Part shown: piece after piece, positions 46,900-58,431 of the stretch | Layout of the letters: the number at the start of each line of letters is the position of its first letter | Numbering within the stretch: the first letter of the stretch is position 1 | Source: Scenedesmus sp. PABB004 | Taxonomy: Eukaryota | Assembly (NCBI GenBank): GCA_014905635.1 | Contig: JABVCE010000013.1 | Location: 992,001-1,056,000, forward strand | DNA: 64,000 nt | Direction of reading: 5' to 3' | The notes under the pieces: generated by a model | Told to the model about the DNA's origin: nothing | The model's database searches: none | The model's input: only the letters and a program-made list of their open reading frames with translations | Position numbers and translations under genes: made by a program

Positions 46900-48001
46900 A
46901 TGGCCGCTCTGGCGAGCCGGCTGTCCAAGGAGCTGAAGCGCCTTGCGCGCGCGCCGCCGCCGGGCGTGGCGGCGTGGCCCGCGGGCGGCGCGGCGCTGTC
47001 GCGGCTCGACGTCTCACTCCAGGGGCCCCCTGACTCGCCCTACGAGGCGGGCCTCTTCCGGCTCACCGTCATCGTGCCGGAGCGGTGAGCCCGGCCAGCG
47101 TCGGGCGGCGTCGGCGCCCACACGCACGCGCGGCGGCGCGCGCTGCTCAAATCAAACGCTCGTCACACGCGCGGCGCTGCGCCGCGCCCGCAGCTACCCC
47201 TTTGAGCCGCCCAAGGTCCAGTTCGTCACCCCTGGTGCGTGCGGCGGCCCGCGCCGGGGCAGGCGAGGCTCGCCGCCGCGCCCCGGCGGCGTGCCGGACC
47301 CCCGTCAGCGACGCGCCCGCCGCGCCCGCCGCACCCCCGACGCGCCCGCCGCACCCGCCGCAGTGTACCACCCAAACATCGACGCCCAGGGCCGCATCTG
47401 CCTGGACTTCCTCAACATGCCGCCAAAGGCATGTTGTCGCGCGCGCCCGTCCTGCAAGCGCGCGCTGCCGCGCCGCGCAACACCCGCGGCCGCCGCCGCG
47501 CCGCGCAGGGCTGCTGGGGCCCCGCGCTCGACCTGTACAAGGTGCTCGTCGCGGTGCGGCAGCTGCTCGCGGAGCCAAACCCAAAGGACCCGCTCGTCGC
47601 CGACATTGTGAGCGCCGCGCCGCCGCCCCGCGCGCGCCCGTTGCGCTGCATGGCTGCCGCCAACGGGTCCGCCGCCGCGGCGCCGCGACCGGGGGGCGCA
47701 GGCGGACGAGTGCGTGAGCGCGCCCGAGGTGTTTGCCGCCAAGGCGCGCGCGCACGTCGCGCGGCACGCCGCGCCCGGCGCGGCCGCGGCGCTGTCGGCG
47801 CAGGAGCGCAGCGGCGACGGCGGCGGCGGTGGCCGCGCAAGCTCGAGCGCGGCCCAGCTGCAGCCGGCACCGCCAGGTGCCGGCGGCGACGGCAAGGAGA
47901 ACGCCGCGCCGGCGGCGATCGAGGGGACGCAGCAGGAGAAGCAGCAGGAGAAGCAGCAGCAGCAGCAGCAGCTGGAGGAGCGGCGACGCCCGCCGGCGTG
48001 A
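46900..48001 (+). CDS. UBE2T: Ubiquitin-conjugating enzyme E2, UBE2T/UBC37-like
   Basis: RLSKELKRL..PPPG...GPPDSPYEAGLF...[49 protein letters not shown]. The LxxPPKGxW insert after the catalytic Cys is typical of UBE2T. Confidence 0.85.
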
Positions 48002-48290
48002 GCTCGGCGGCGCTCGCCGTTGAACCTTGAACCGCCGCCTGCTGCAAATTCGGACGGCGCGCGGCCGCGCGGCGCCGCGGCGGTGTGTGTGTCTCGCTCG
48101 CGCGCCCCGGTCGTGACCGGCGCGCCCAGCCGCAGGCCGCCTGGCAGCGCGCGGCAGCAGCAGCGCCCGCACCGCGAGACGGCGCGGCGTTGATTAGCGC
48201 GCGCCGTGGCGCGCCGTGACAGGGGCGGCATGCCCAGCGCGCCGTAGCGCGCGCAGCCCGCTGCGCGCGGCCCCGGGGCAGGGCCGGGCG

Positions 48291-51200
48291 ATGGAGGTGC
48301 GCCGCGCCGCGCCGGGGCTCGCCGCGAGGGCAGGGGGCGGGCTAAGGTCCCTTGCGGGCTCTGGCGGTGCTGTACGCGCCGCAGCAGCGAGCGCCGGCAG
48401 CGGCGGCAGCGGGCGCAGCTGCGGCGGCAGCAGCGCGCGGCGGCGTGGCAGCGGCGCCCTGCCCGCGACGCGGCTGCGCGGACGGCGTGGCCAGTGGCGC
48501 CGGCCGGGCGGGCGCCTGGCGGGGGCGCCGCGCCGGCGCGGCTCCGCGGCGCCGGCGACGCCGTTTGAACAGCGCCGCTGCCGCGCGCGCCCCCGCGCAG
48601 GGCGGCGGCGCCGGGAGCTGGGCCGAGGACGAGCTGCGGGCGTTCTACGCCGCGCACCACGCCTGCGGCGGCGACGCGTCGCAGGTGGCGGCCGCGCTGG
48701 GCGGCGCCCGCGGCGCGGCCGAGTGCGCCGCGCTCGCCGCGCAGTTCCACACGTTCCTGGGCCTGCCGGCCGCGCCCGGCCGGGACGAGCAGTTTGTGGG
48801 CCTGGTGCGTGACGTGCAGGCCGAGCGCGGCGGCCGCGCCGCGGGCGAGCAGCAGGGCGACAGCGAGGACGACGAGCCCGCCCGCACCAGGCAGCAGGCG
48901 GAGCAGCAGGCGCAGGAGGCGGAGCGGCAGGCGCTCCACGAGCAGTCAGGGTCGCAGCAGCAAGCGGAGCCGGCGGAGGAGGCGGACGGGCAGCCCCAGC
49001 AGCAGGCCGCGGCGGCGGCGCAGGCGCACCGGCAGCGCATGACCAGCCTCGCGCAGCGCCTCGCGGTCGAGCTGGGCGGGCTCGGCTCGGCCGCGCCCAG
49101 CGCCGGCGGCTCGGCGGCGACGTCGCAGGGCGCGCTGGACACGGAGGCGGACGAGGTCGACGCGGCGGGCGGCGGGGGCGGCGGCTCGCAGGGCGGGCCC
49201 GCGCGGCCGCAGCGCGTGCGCAAGCCCAAGCAGTACCTCGGCGAGCCGGTGACGACGCCGCGCGGCGGCGGCGCGCGCGGCTCGCTGCCCGCGACGCCGA
49301 GCAGCAGCACGCGGCGCAAGGGCGCGCGCGGCGGCGCGCGGCGCCGCGGCGGCGCGGCGCACGCCGCCGCCGACGGCGGCAGCGCGCGGCGGCGCCGCCC
49401 GCGGCGCCTCTTTGGCGACGCCGGCGCCGCCTACGCCGACGGCGGCGCCTACGAAGGCGGCGGCTACGACGAGGGCGGCCTGCCTTACCCGCCGCCCTGG
49501 GCGGACGACGGCGGCGAGGGCGAGGACGAGCCGCTGGACGACGACGTCGAGGAGGGCGTGGACGCGCTGCTCTCGCTCGCGAGCATGGCGCACGCGAGCA
49601 GCAGCGCGGCGACGGGCAGCGGCGCCGCCGGCGACGACGGCGGCGCGCCGCACCGCGGCCGGCGCGCCGGCGGGCGGCGCGGCGCGCGCGGCTGGGACGG
49701 CGCCGGCGACGGTGCCGGCAGCGGCGGCGAGCTGCGCGGCGGCGGCGGCGGCGGCTACCACGGTGGCAGCCAGGGCGGCGGCTACAGCGGGCTGCTGGAG
49801 GGCGACGACGACGCCGAGGACGCGGCGGGCGGGCTGGCGCAGATGCGCACCGGCAGCCAGGGCTGGGGCACGCCGAAGCGGGCCGAGTCGCTGTTTTACA
49901 CGACCGGCACGCCCGGCGGCGTGGGGCGCAAGGGCCTGGAGTTTGTGCTCGCGAGCCCCGCGCTGAGCGACCGCCCGCACGGCCTGCCCAGCCCGGGCGG
50001 CCGGCGGCGCGGCAGCACGGGCCCGCGCAGCCCCGCGGGGCGCTCGCGCTCCGGCGCGCGCAAGGCGGGCGCCAAGTCGCGCAGCGGCGCGCGGCGGCCG
50101 GGCGGCGGCGGCGGCGGCGGCGGCGGGCGCGCGGGCGGCGCGCGCGCCGCGCCGCGCGACAGCGGCGGCTCCAGCGGCCGCGCCGCCGCCGCGCCGCTGT
50201 ACGGCGAGCTGGGCAGCGAGGAGGGCGAGGGCAGCGAGGACGGCCACGGACTCATGGACGCCGCGGAGCTGGCAGGTGCGGCGCGGCGCGGCAGGGCGCG
50301 GCGTCGCGGGGCGCGGCGGCGCCGCCGGCGCGGCGGGGGGCGGGGCCCGACGCGCCGCCGCTGGCTGCGCCCGCGCCGCAGCTGCTGTGTCGGCCGGCCC
50401 CGGCCTGAGCTCGCCCAACCTGCGCACGACGAGCGCGAACGAGCCGCCGCGCTCGGCCCTGCTGCTCGGCAAGCGCGCCGGCGGCGGCGACGACGCGGAC
50501 ACGCCCGCGTCGCACCGCAGCGTGCGGCAGCGCGTGGACGGCGCGGGTGCGCGCCCGCCGCCGAGCCGCGCCCGCGCCGCGCCCGCGCCGCGCCCGGCCG
50601 ACGCCCGCCGCGCCCCCGCCGCGTCCGCGGCTGCCCCGCAGGCATGGTGGCACACCTCATCCCGCAGCCGCTGTTTGCCGCCGGCGGTGCGGGCGCGGCA
50701 GCGGCAGGTGATCTGCTGCCGGGCGCGCTCGACGGCGCCGCGGACGGCGAGGCGGCGCCGCCGCCGGCCCTGCCCTCGCCGGCGGGCCGCAAGCGCGGGC
50801 GCGAGGAGGAGGAGGAGCAGCCGCCGCCGCCGGGCCGCGGCACGCGCAGCGGGCGCGCCAAGCGCGCCAAGCAGCAGCAGGCGCCGCGCAACCAGCGCAA
50901 GCCGCGGAACGGCGGCCGGCTGGCCATCGCGCGCGGCGTGCGGGTGCGCCGCCGCGCGCTTGGCCCGCACTGCCCGCCCGCGGCCGCGCGCTTCCGCCCG
51001 ACCCGCCCGCCGCGCCCGCCCGCTGCGCCCTCACGCCATCCCCGCCGCCGCCACCGCTGCCGCCAGGGCCTGGACGCGCCGCCGGCCGAGGGCGCGGTGC
51101 TGCCCGGCGCCGAGTGGGCGCTGCGGCACATGCTGGCTGGCCGCGCGCGGCGGTGGGTGCAGTATGAGTTCCACTGCTCCGCCATCGATCGGCCCTACTT

Positions 51201-53083
51201 CATGCGAAGCGAGATGCACGTGCGCTCACGGGCCGCGCCGCGCGCGGGCCGGGCGCGCGTGGGCCGGGCGCGCGTGGGCCGGGCGGCCAAGAGCCTTGCG
51301 CGCGCCGCCGCCGTCGCCGCCGCGCAGGACCTGCTTGAGGGCCTCGGCCTCGGCGGCGTGACGGCGCTCACGCGCTGCGAGTGGAGCGTGCTGCGCGGCG
51401 CGGCCGGCCGGCCGCGGCGGCTGAGCCTCGCGTTCCTCAAGCAGGAGCGCGTGCGCCTGGAGCAGTACAGGTGCGCGCCGCGCGCCGCGCCGCGCCGCAC
51501 CCCTGCCGGCGGGCCCCGCGCCCGCCCGCCGCGCCCGCCGCCGCGCCCGCCGCCGCCGGCGGGCCGCGCGCCGCGCAGCGCGGCTTGGCCGCGCCGCGCG
51601 GCCGTCGCTCAGCGCCCGCAACGCCCGCCGCGCCCGCGCGCAGGGAGCGCGTGCGCGCCGCGTACGAGGTGTCGGGCGTGGGCAACGAGGTGCCGCCGGA
51701 CATGCCGCGCCCGCTGCGCGTCGGGCAGGGCGTCGTCGCGCGGCACCCTGCGACGCGCAGCCTGCATGACGGCATCATCCTGACCATCAAGCCCAGGCAG
51801 TACCGCGTGCAGTTCAACCGGTGCGTGCGGACCCACGCGGCGGCAGCGGCCGGGGCGCGGCGCGGCGCGGCGCGGCGCGGCGCGGCGCGGCGCGGCGCGC
51901 CGGGGGCGCGGGCCGCCGCTGGCGGGCGCGCCGGCTCTGCGCCGCGCGCCCTGGCCGACGCTGACGCATGATGCCGCGCGCGGCCGGGGGGCGTGGTCGG
52001 CGGCGCAGGACGGAGCTGCTGTCCGAGGTGGTGCGGGACGTGGACGTGATGCCCCTGGACCCCTCCGAGTCGCTGCCGGCCGCCGTCGCGCACAGCGCTC
52101 ACGCGACGCGCCACGTCCCGCTGCTCAACGGCCGCCCCACCGCCGCGGGCGCGGCGGCGCTGAGCGCGGGCGGCCTGCTGCGGCGGCGGCCCGCCGCGGC
52201 GGCGGCGCCGGCGCGGGCCGAGGCGGCGCGGCAGGCGGACCAGCAGCTGCTGGCGGAGCTGTCGGGTGCGCCGCGCGCGCGCGCGCGCGCGCGCCCGTGC
52301 GCGCGCCGGCGGGGGGCCGGGCCGGCCGTCGCCGCCGCGCGTGCCCACCTCTGCCCCACACGTCCGCGGCCGCCCGCCCCACACCATCGCCCCGCAGCCG
52401 TGCTGAGCCGCAAGGAGGCGCTGCTGGCCCAGCTGCGCAGCATCAGCGGCGAGGCCGAGGCCGCGCCGGCCGCCGACGGCGCCGCGCACGCGGTGCTGCA
52501 GGCGCGCTACGGCGCGGCGTACGCCCAGGTGCAGGCGGCCAACGCGGAGCTTGCTCAGCTCATGCCGCGCCTGCACGCGCGGCCCCACCTCGGCGTGGTT
52601 GCCGCGCCGCTGCCGCGCGAGGCGGGCGGCGGCGCGCGCGGGGCGGGCGCAGCCGACGCGGGCGGCGCGCCGCCGGCGGGCCCGGCCGCTGCGGCCGCCG
52701 CGCTCGTGGCGGCCGCGGGTGCCGAGGCGCACGCCCTGGTCGCGCGCGCGCGCACCAAGCAGGCGGCGCAGCAGCAGCAGCAGCCCGCCGCGGCGGACGC
52801 CGACGCGGCGGCCGCGGCCGCCGCGCCGCTGGCGGCGCCGTCGGCGGCGGCGGCCGCGGCGGACGGCCTGGTCGCGTCGTGCCTGGCGCTGCTGGTCGCA
52901 CTGCAAAAGGCCACGGCGCCGCCGCGGCCGGGCGAGGCGCCACTGGGCGCCGCGGGCGTCGAGGCGACGCTGGACGGCGCGCTCGCGCAGCTGCGGCCGG
53001 CCAGCGCGGCGGGGCGGACGGCGCTCGCAGAGGTGGCCGCGCAGGTGGGGCAGCTGAAGGCGCTGCTGGCGCGTGCGCACTAG
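48291..53083 (+). CDS. LIN9: LIN-9 / ALWAYS EARLY (DREAM complex) homolog
   Basis: N-terminal SANT-like SWAEDELRAFY; DIRP domain RRWVQYEFHCSAIDRPYF...LTRCEWSVLRGAAGRPRRLSLAFLKQERVRLEQYRERVR; Tudor-like LRVGQGVVARHPATRSLHDGIIL...YRVQFNR..DVDVMPLDP. The start (ATGGAG microexon at 48291) is tentative. Confidence 0.9.
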
Positions 53084-53368
53084 CGAGCCCGGCGGGCGGC
53101 GAGGGACCGGTGCGCGGCGGCGGCCGGCGCCGCGGGGGCGAGAGCGGAACGAACGCAGGGCGGGGGCTGCACACTGACCTGACTGCACAGTCTGTCGATA
53201 GACCCAACTGGCGCGGTGGTTGCGGGAGCGTGTTGCCGCGGTTGCGCGGCGCGGGCGAGCTGGAGGCCGTGATCGCCGCCGGCCCTGCGCGCCGCAGCTG
53301 CGGCACTGCGCGCTGTGGAGAGCGCGCGCGCTGCGGCTCTGGGGCTGGCCGCGGCGGCGGGCTGATGT

Positions 53369-54440
53369 TGAGGGCCGAGGTTACAGAGCTCGAGGCTCGC
53401 TCCGACATGGGAACACACGCGCGCCTGCGCGGCGCGCGGCGAGGCCGACCAAGGGTGCGCGCACGACGACCGTGCCCGCTGTGCCGCGGCGGCGCCGCGC
53501 CAGCAGAGACGGCCGGCGCGGGCGCGCGCCGCACACGAAACAACAAAACAAGCCCCCGCGCGAGGGCGCGCCGCCGAGTTGAGTTCACCGCTGAGTTGGG
53601 TTCAGGACCGGGGCCCGGGGGCGCCCGTGCGGCGGCCATGTCGCGCCGCTCAGTTCATGCTGCTGCCGGCCGGCTGCTGGCAGGCGCCGCCGCCATGCGC
53701 GGCGCTCTTCAGCCGTAGCGCACGGGGCCGAACTCGTTCGACGTCGAGGGGCAGCCGCAGCAGCAGCGGCAGGGGCAGCACAGGATGACGGTGAAGCAGT
53801 CGCACACGTCGCGCACGACCTTGAAGGGCAGGCACAGCACGTCAGTGATGCAGCCCATGCTTGCGGCTTGCACGGGCGAGCGCGGCGGCGCTTGTCGGCA
53901 GCGGCAGGCGTGCGTGTTCGGCTGGCTGGGGGGCTGGTAGGCTGTTGGTTGGAGAGGCTGGATCGCTGGTGTGCTCCAGGGCAGCGCGGCGGGGCCTTTT
54001 GAGCGCGGCGCGGCCCTCACACTGTGCCAGCTCCCGAGCTTCCCCGCTGCAGGACTTTGATGGAAGTGCGCCCGCCGCCCGAGCGCCCGCGGCGCGTGGC
54101 CCGGGAGCGATAGGCTGACAGCTCGCGACCAGTAGCGGCGCGCGGGGGCTGCAGGGAGGCCCGCGCCGCGCGCCGGCGGGCGGGCGCGGGCAGCGGCGCC
54201 GCTTTGATGGGCCGGGCGCCGGCGGTGCTTTGCTGGGGCGGGGACCCGGCCGCGGGTGGGGCTCAGCTGTACGGAACAGGCGGCTGCCGGCGGCGCGGCT
54301 CGCCGTGCCCGGGCGCGCGCGAGCCTGCGCGCGACAGCCAGCCTGGCCACGCCGTCGGCGATCGGATGCAGGGCCTGCCTTACCGCCAGCGCCGCCAGCG
54401 CTCGCCACTCTGCCACCTGCTGCTTCTGCTACTTCCTGCA
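53369..54440 (-). repeat. Arm 2 of the ~1.06-kb inverted segmental duplication (partner 25229-26291)
   Basis: Direct alignment by eye; includes a degenerate remnant of the WRAP53 3' end at ~54380-54440. Confidence 0.95.
53709..53858 (-). CDS. 49-aa cysteine-rich micropeptide, copy 2
   Basis: Identical protein to 25803-25952; the only nucleotide difference is synonymous (Thr5 ACC>ACT). Minus-strand TGTAA (ttaca) at ~53381-53385. Confidence 0.72.
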   Translation of the reverse strand: MGCITDVLCLPFKVVRDVCDCFTVILCCPCRCCCGCPSTSNEFGPVRYG

Positions 54441-54790
54441 CGGGCCAAATGGTGCCGCAGGGTCCGATTGTAGTAATCATGCATCGATCAACCCCGGTCG
54501 CCGCGCGTGAGTTTGCAGATGAGCGCCGAACGCGAGATTGAGTGTTTAGGGGCAAAAGCACTGCTGGCGGTGCACACACAAAACAGTTCAAGAGGTGGCG
54601 CACACGTGAAAAAGCTGGCACGCACCGGCGCAGTGTGGCTCGCTCCGTCTGGCAGACCCAGCGGCAGCAGGCGCTGCCGCGGCTGTAATCAAGGGGGTGG
54701 GTTGGTCGTGCTCGCGTCCCTCGGAGCCTTGGTTGGTTTCTGCTGCGCCGCTCCCCCACCAGGCAGCGCTTCCGGCTTGCGTGCTGCTGC

Positions 54791-57700
54791 TCAGGCCAGG
54801 CTGGCGTTGCCGAGGTACGCCAGCGCCGCCTGCTGCGTGGCCATCGGGCCGATCAGGCTGTGCAGCGGCCCCTGCTGGCCCGCCGTCGCGGCGCTGATCT
54901 CAGCCGCCTGGGCGGCGAGCGTCGCGTTGCCGGCCGCGGCGCCCCGCGCGGCCAGCAGGCCGGCGGCCGCGTTGCTCGAGGCGTTGAGGTACGCGCCGAC
55001 GGCGATGCGCTCGTGCACGCTGCGGCCGCGCCGGCGGCGGGCGCGGGCGCGCGGGTGAGCGGCGCGCGCGGCGCGCGCGCGGCCCGAGGCCCGGGCGCGC
55101 TGAGCACGCGCCCCGCGCCACACACACCTCGCCCTGTTGGGGCTGTAGAGCCCCTGCGCCATGAACAGGCAGGTCATCGTCACGGTGGCGATCACGGTCA
55201 CGATCCACCCTGCAAGCGGGGCGCGCGGGCGCGCGACGCTCGGCCGCCGCGCGGCGCACGAGGCAGGGCCCGCCCGCGCCCCGCCCCTGCGCAGCGGACG
55301 CAGGCGCAGAGGGCGCACCGCACACAAACTTGACAAACAGGCGGCCGTTGAAGCCGCGGCTCCCCTCCCAAAGGCCGACGCCGGCGATGGCGCCGACGGT
55401 CGCGGGCGTGGAGCTGCAGCGCGGCGGCGGCGCGCGGGTGCGTCGGGCGCGGGCGCCCGGCGCGGCAGCGGGAGGGCGGGCGGGCGCGCCAGCGGGCGGG
55501 CGCGGCTCACGAGAGGGGGATGCCGAACCGCGACGCCACGATGACGACCGCGGCGACGCAGAGCTCAACGCAAAAGCCCCGCGAGTTCGTGAGCCGCGTC
55601 ATGCGCACGCCCATGCTCTGCATGACCTTGTACCCGTCTGCGGGCGCGTGGGCGCGGTTGCGCAGGCGCAGGTGCGCAGGAGCAGATCTGCGCGTCTAGA
55701 GCCGCGGGCGCGAGGCGCGCGCGCTGCTCACAGGTGGCGAGGCCGAGGCAGATGGAGAGGCCGCCGACCGCGAGCAGCCAGGTCGGCACGGCGCTCTTTG
55801 CCGTCACGCCGCCGGTCGCCCACACGTGGTAGATGGCCGCCAGCGGCCCGACCGCGTTGGCGACCTCGTTAGACCCGTGGGCAAACGAGTTTGCGCACGC
55901 CGTCAACACCTGAAGCGGCAGCAGCGTCTCGCGCTTGGCGGCACGGCGGCACGGCGCGCGGCGCACGCGCGGTGCGGGCGGGCGCGCAGCGACGAGAGCG
56001 CGCGCGCCTGCAGGTATTTGAACGAGGTCTCGGCCTTGGCGTCAAACGTCTCTGCTGCCGCGTGGATCTCGGCGGTGCGCGCGTCGCTCTCCACCACCTG
56101 CGGCGGCCGCGGCGCGGGCGCGCGCGCGGGCGTCGGCGCGCGCCGCCGCGGCGTGGCGCGGCGCGCGCTGCCCCGGGGCCCGCCCGCTGGACAGGGGCGC
56201 CGCGCGCCGCGCGCGCCTCGTGGATGTCGGCGTCCATGCCGCGCGTCAAGAATTTGAGCGCCGCCGCGCCCGCGGCGCGCGCGCCGCCGGGCGCGGGCGC
56301 CGGCGCGCCGTCCACGACCGCGCCCGCGTCCTTGCCGGCGCCGGCCTTGGCGCCGGCGGCGGCGGGGATGCTGATCGTCGCGTCGCCCACCGCCGCGGCG
56401 GCGCTGGGGTGCGCGCGGGCGCGGGCGCGGCGCGTGCGTCAGGCGGGGGCAGCACGCCTGGCGGCGCCGGCGGGCCGCCCGGCGCGTGCGCCGCGCGCTC
56501 ACTTGGCCGCCTGCTCGTCGAGGTCGCGCTGCACCTTGCGGCGCAGCAGCGGGATGCCCGCGGCCGCGGCGACGAGCGCCGCGCCGACCGCAACGACGGC
56601 GCTGATCCAGGCCTTCTTGGTGTCAGGGAGCTTGTCCCAGCCCGCGCCGGGCGCGCCCCTGCAGGCGGCGCGCGGCGGGCGCGCGGGCGGCGGCGGCGGT
56701 CGGCGGCCGGCGCGCGGCGCGCGGCGCCGGCTGCGCCTGAAACCCCGGGCCGGGCTGAGCGTTTGAGCTCGGCCTTTTCAAATTCAAATTCAAACGCGCA
56801 GCGCCGCCGCACTTACTTTGCCATAATGAAGAAGGACAGCGTGAAGAAGGTCACGAGCGTGAAGAGCGGCAGCAGCGCCACGGAGCGCCCGTACGCGTTG
56901 GCGCTGCGCAGCACAAACGTGCGCACCGCCCAGAAGAGCAGGAACGCCGCCACGCCGGCGAGGAGCGGGCTGAAGAGCCAGGACAGCACCTTGGGGGGCG
57001 GCGCGCGGCGGCGGCGGCGGCGTGGGTCGGGCGGCGTGCGCGGGGGGCGAGGCGAGGCGCGGGGGCCAAACGATGTCTGGGCGGGCGGGCCGCGGCCGCC
57101 CTCTCCCCGCGGCGGCGCGGCGGGGCGGCGGGGCGTCGGCGTGGGTGCACGCACGATTGCGGTCATGCCCTTGACATAGGGGAAGGCGGCGGTGCGGGTC
57201 GACCACACGACCGCGCCCCAGCCTCGGCCACGATCGCCCTGCGCGGCGCGGGGCGGGGCGGGGTGAGGCGGGGGTGGGGTGGGCCGCGGCGAGGCCGCTG
57301 GCGGTGGGCCAGCAGGCCGGGTGGAGGGGGGGGGGGGGGGGGGGGACGGGCCGGGGCGGCGCTCACATGCCGGCAATGGAGGAGACGATCGACTGCGTGG
57401 AGCTCACCGGCAGCTGCGGCGTGGCGCGCACGCGGGCGCGTCGGCGGGCGCGTCGGCGGGCCGGCGGGCGCCGCGCGCGCGCGCGCGCGGCGCCGGAAAA
57501 GAGCGCGCGCGGCGGCGGCGCGCGCGCGGCGCGGCGCACCCCGAAGTACGTGGCGGCCATCATCCAGATCGCGGTGCCGGCGAGGGCGCAGAGCATGCCA
57601 TAGGCGAGGACGTCGGGCTGGCCGACGAAGCGGTCGATGTTTGTGATGCCGCTGCGCATCGTGTCGACGACGCCGGAGCCCTGGCGGGGGCGCGTGCGCG

Positions 57701-58174
57701 CGTGCGTGCGTGTGTGTGAGAGAGAGAAGGGGGGAGGGGTGCGGGGCAGCGGCGGGGCGCGCGCGGGCGGGGCGTCACCATCAGCACGGCGCCGAGGAAC
57801 TCAAACACCGCGGCGATGAGCAGCGCCTGGCGCATGGTCAGCGCGCGCGCGCCGACGCTGGGGCCAAACATGTTGGCGACGTCCTGCGTGCGGCGGGCAG
57901 TCGGCGGCGGCGTGGCGGTCGGCGGGCGGCGGCAGGGCGGTCAACGCGTGTGCGGCCGGCGCCGATCATGCCTGCGCTGCTCACATTGGCGCCCAAGCCG
58001 AACCCAACGGCGACCGCTACGGCCACGCCGACCGCGAAGACTGCGGGAGGGCGGGAGCGCGGCGATCAGCTCGGCGGCGTTGGAGGAGCCGCCGGCGGCC
58101 GCGGCCGCGGCAGGCCCGCGCGGCGCCGATCATGCCGCTGCGGAGGACTCACTCCAGGTCACGGCGTCGTACAT
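54791..58174 (-). CDS. PiT/PHO4-family (PTB-type) inorganic phosphate transporter (~12 introns)
   Basis: N-terminal signature [52 protein letters not shown], second signature [44 protein letters not shown]. Confidence 0.93.
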
Positions 58175-58431
58175 CGTGCGCCGGCGCCCGGCGGCCAATT
58201 CGGGTGTGTGGTGTGCTGCTGTCCGCTCGCAGCACGGGCTCGGCGGGGGGCTCTGGCCAACTGAAACCGTCTCAGAGCTTCTACGCCGGGGGCCGCGGCC
58301 GCTGCAACACGTGCTGTCTCTGCGGCGGACGCCGGCTTGCGCGGCGCGCAAGCCGGCGCGTGCGCGGGGCGTGTGCCGGTGCCGCCCACCAGATGTTCCC
58401 CGGCCCCCGCAGCCGAGCGGCCGGAGGACCG

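Noticed and set aside
25229..54440. The 27-kb block as a giant DNA transposon or endogenous virus with 1-kb TIRs
   Set aside because: The interior holds ordinary intron-rich housekeeping genes, with no transposase, integrase, polymerase or capsid. No target-site duplication is evident, and the arms derive from host sequence.
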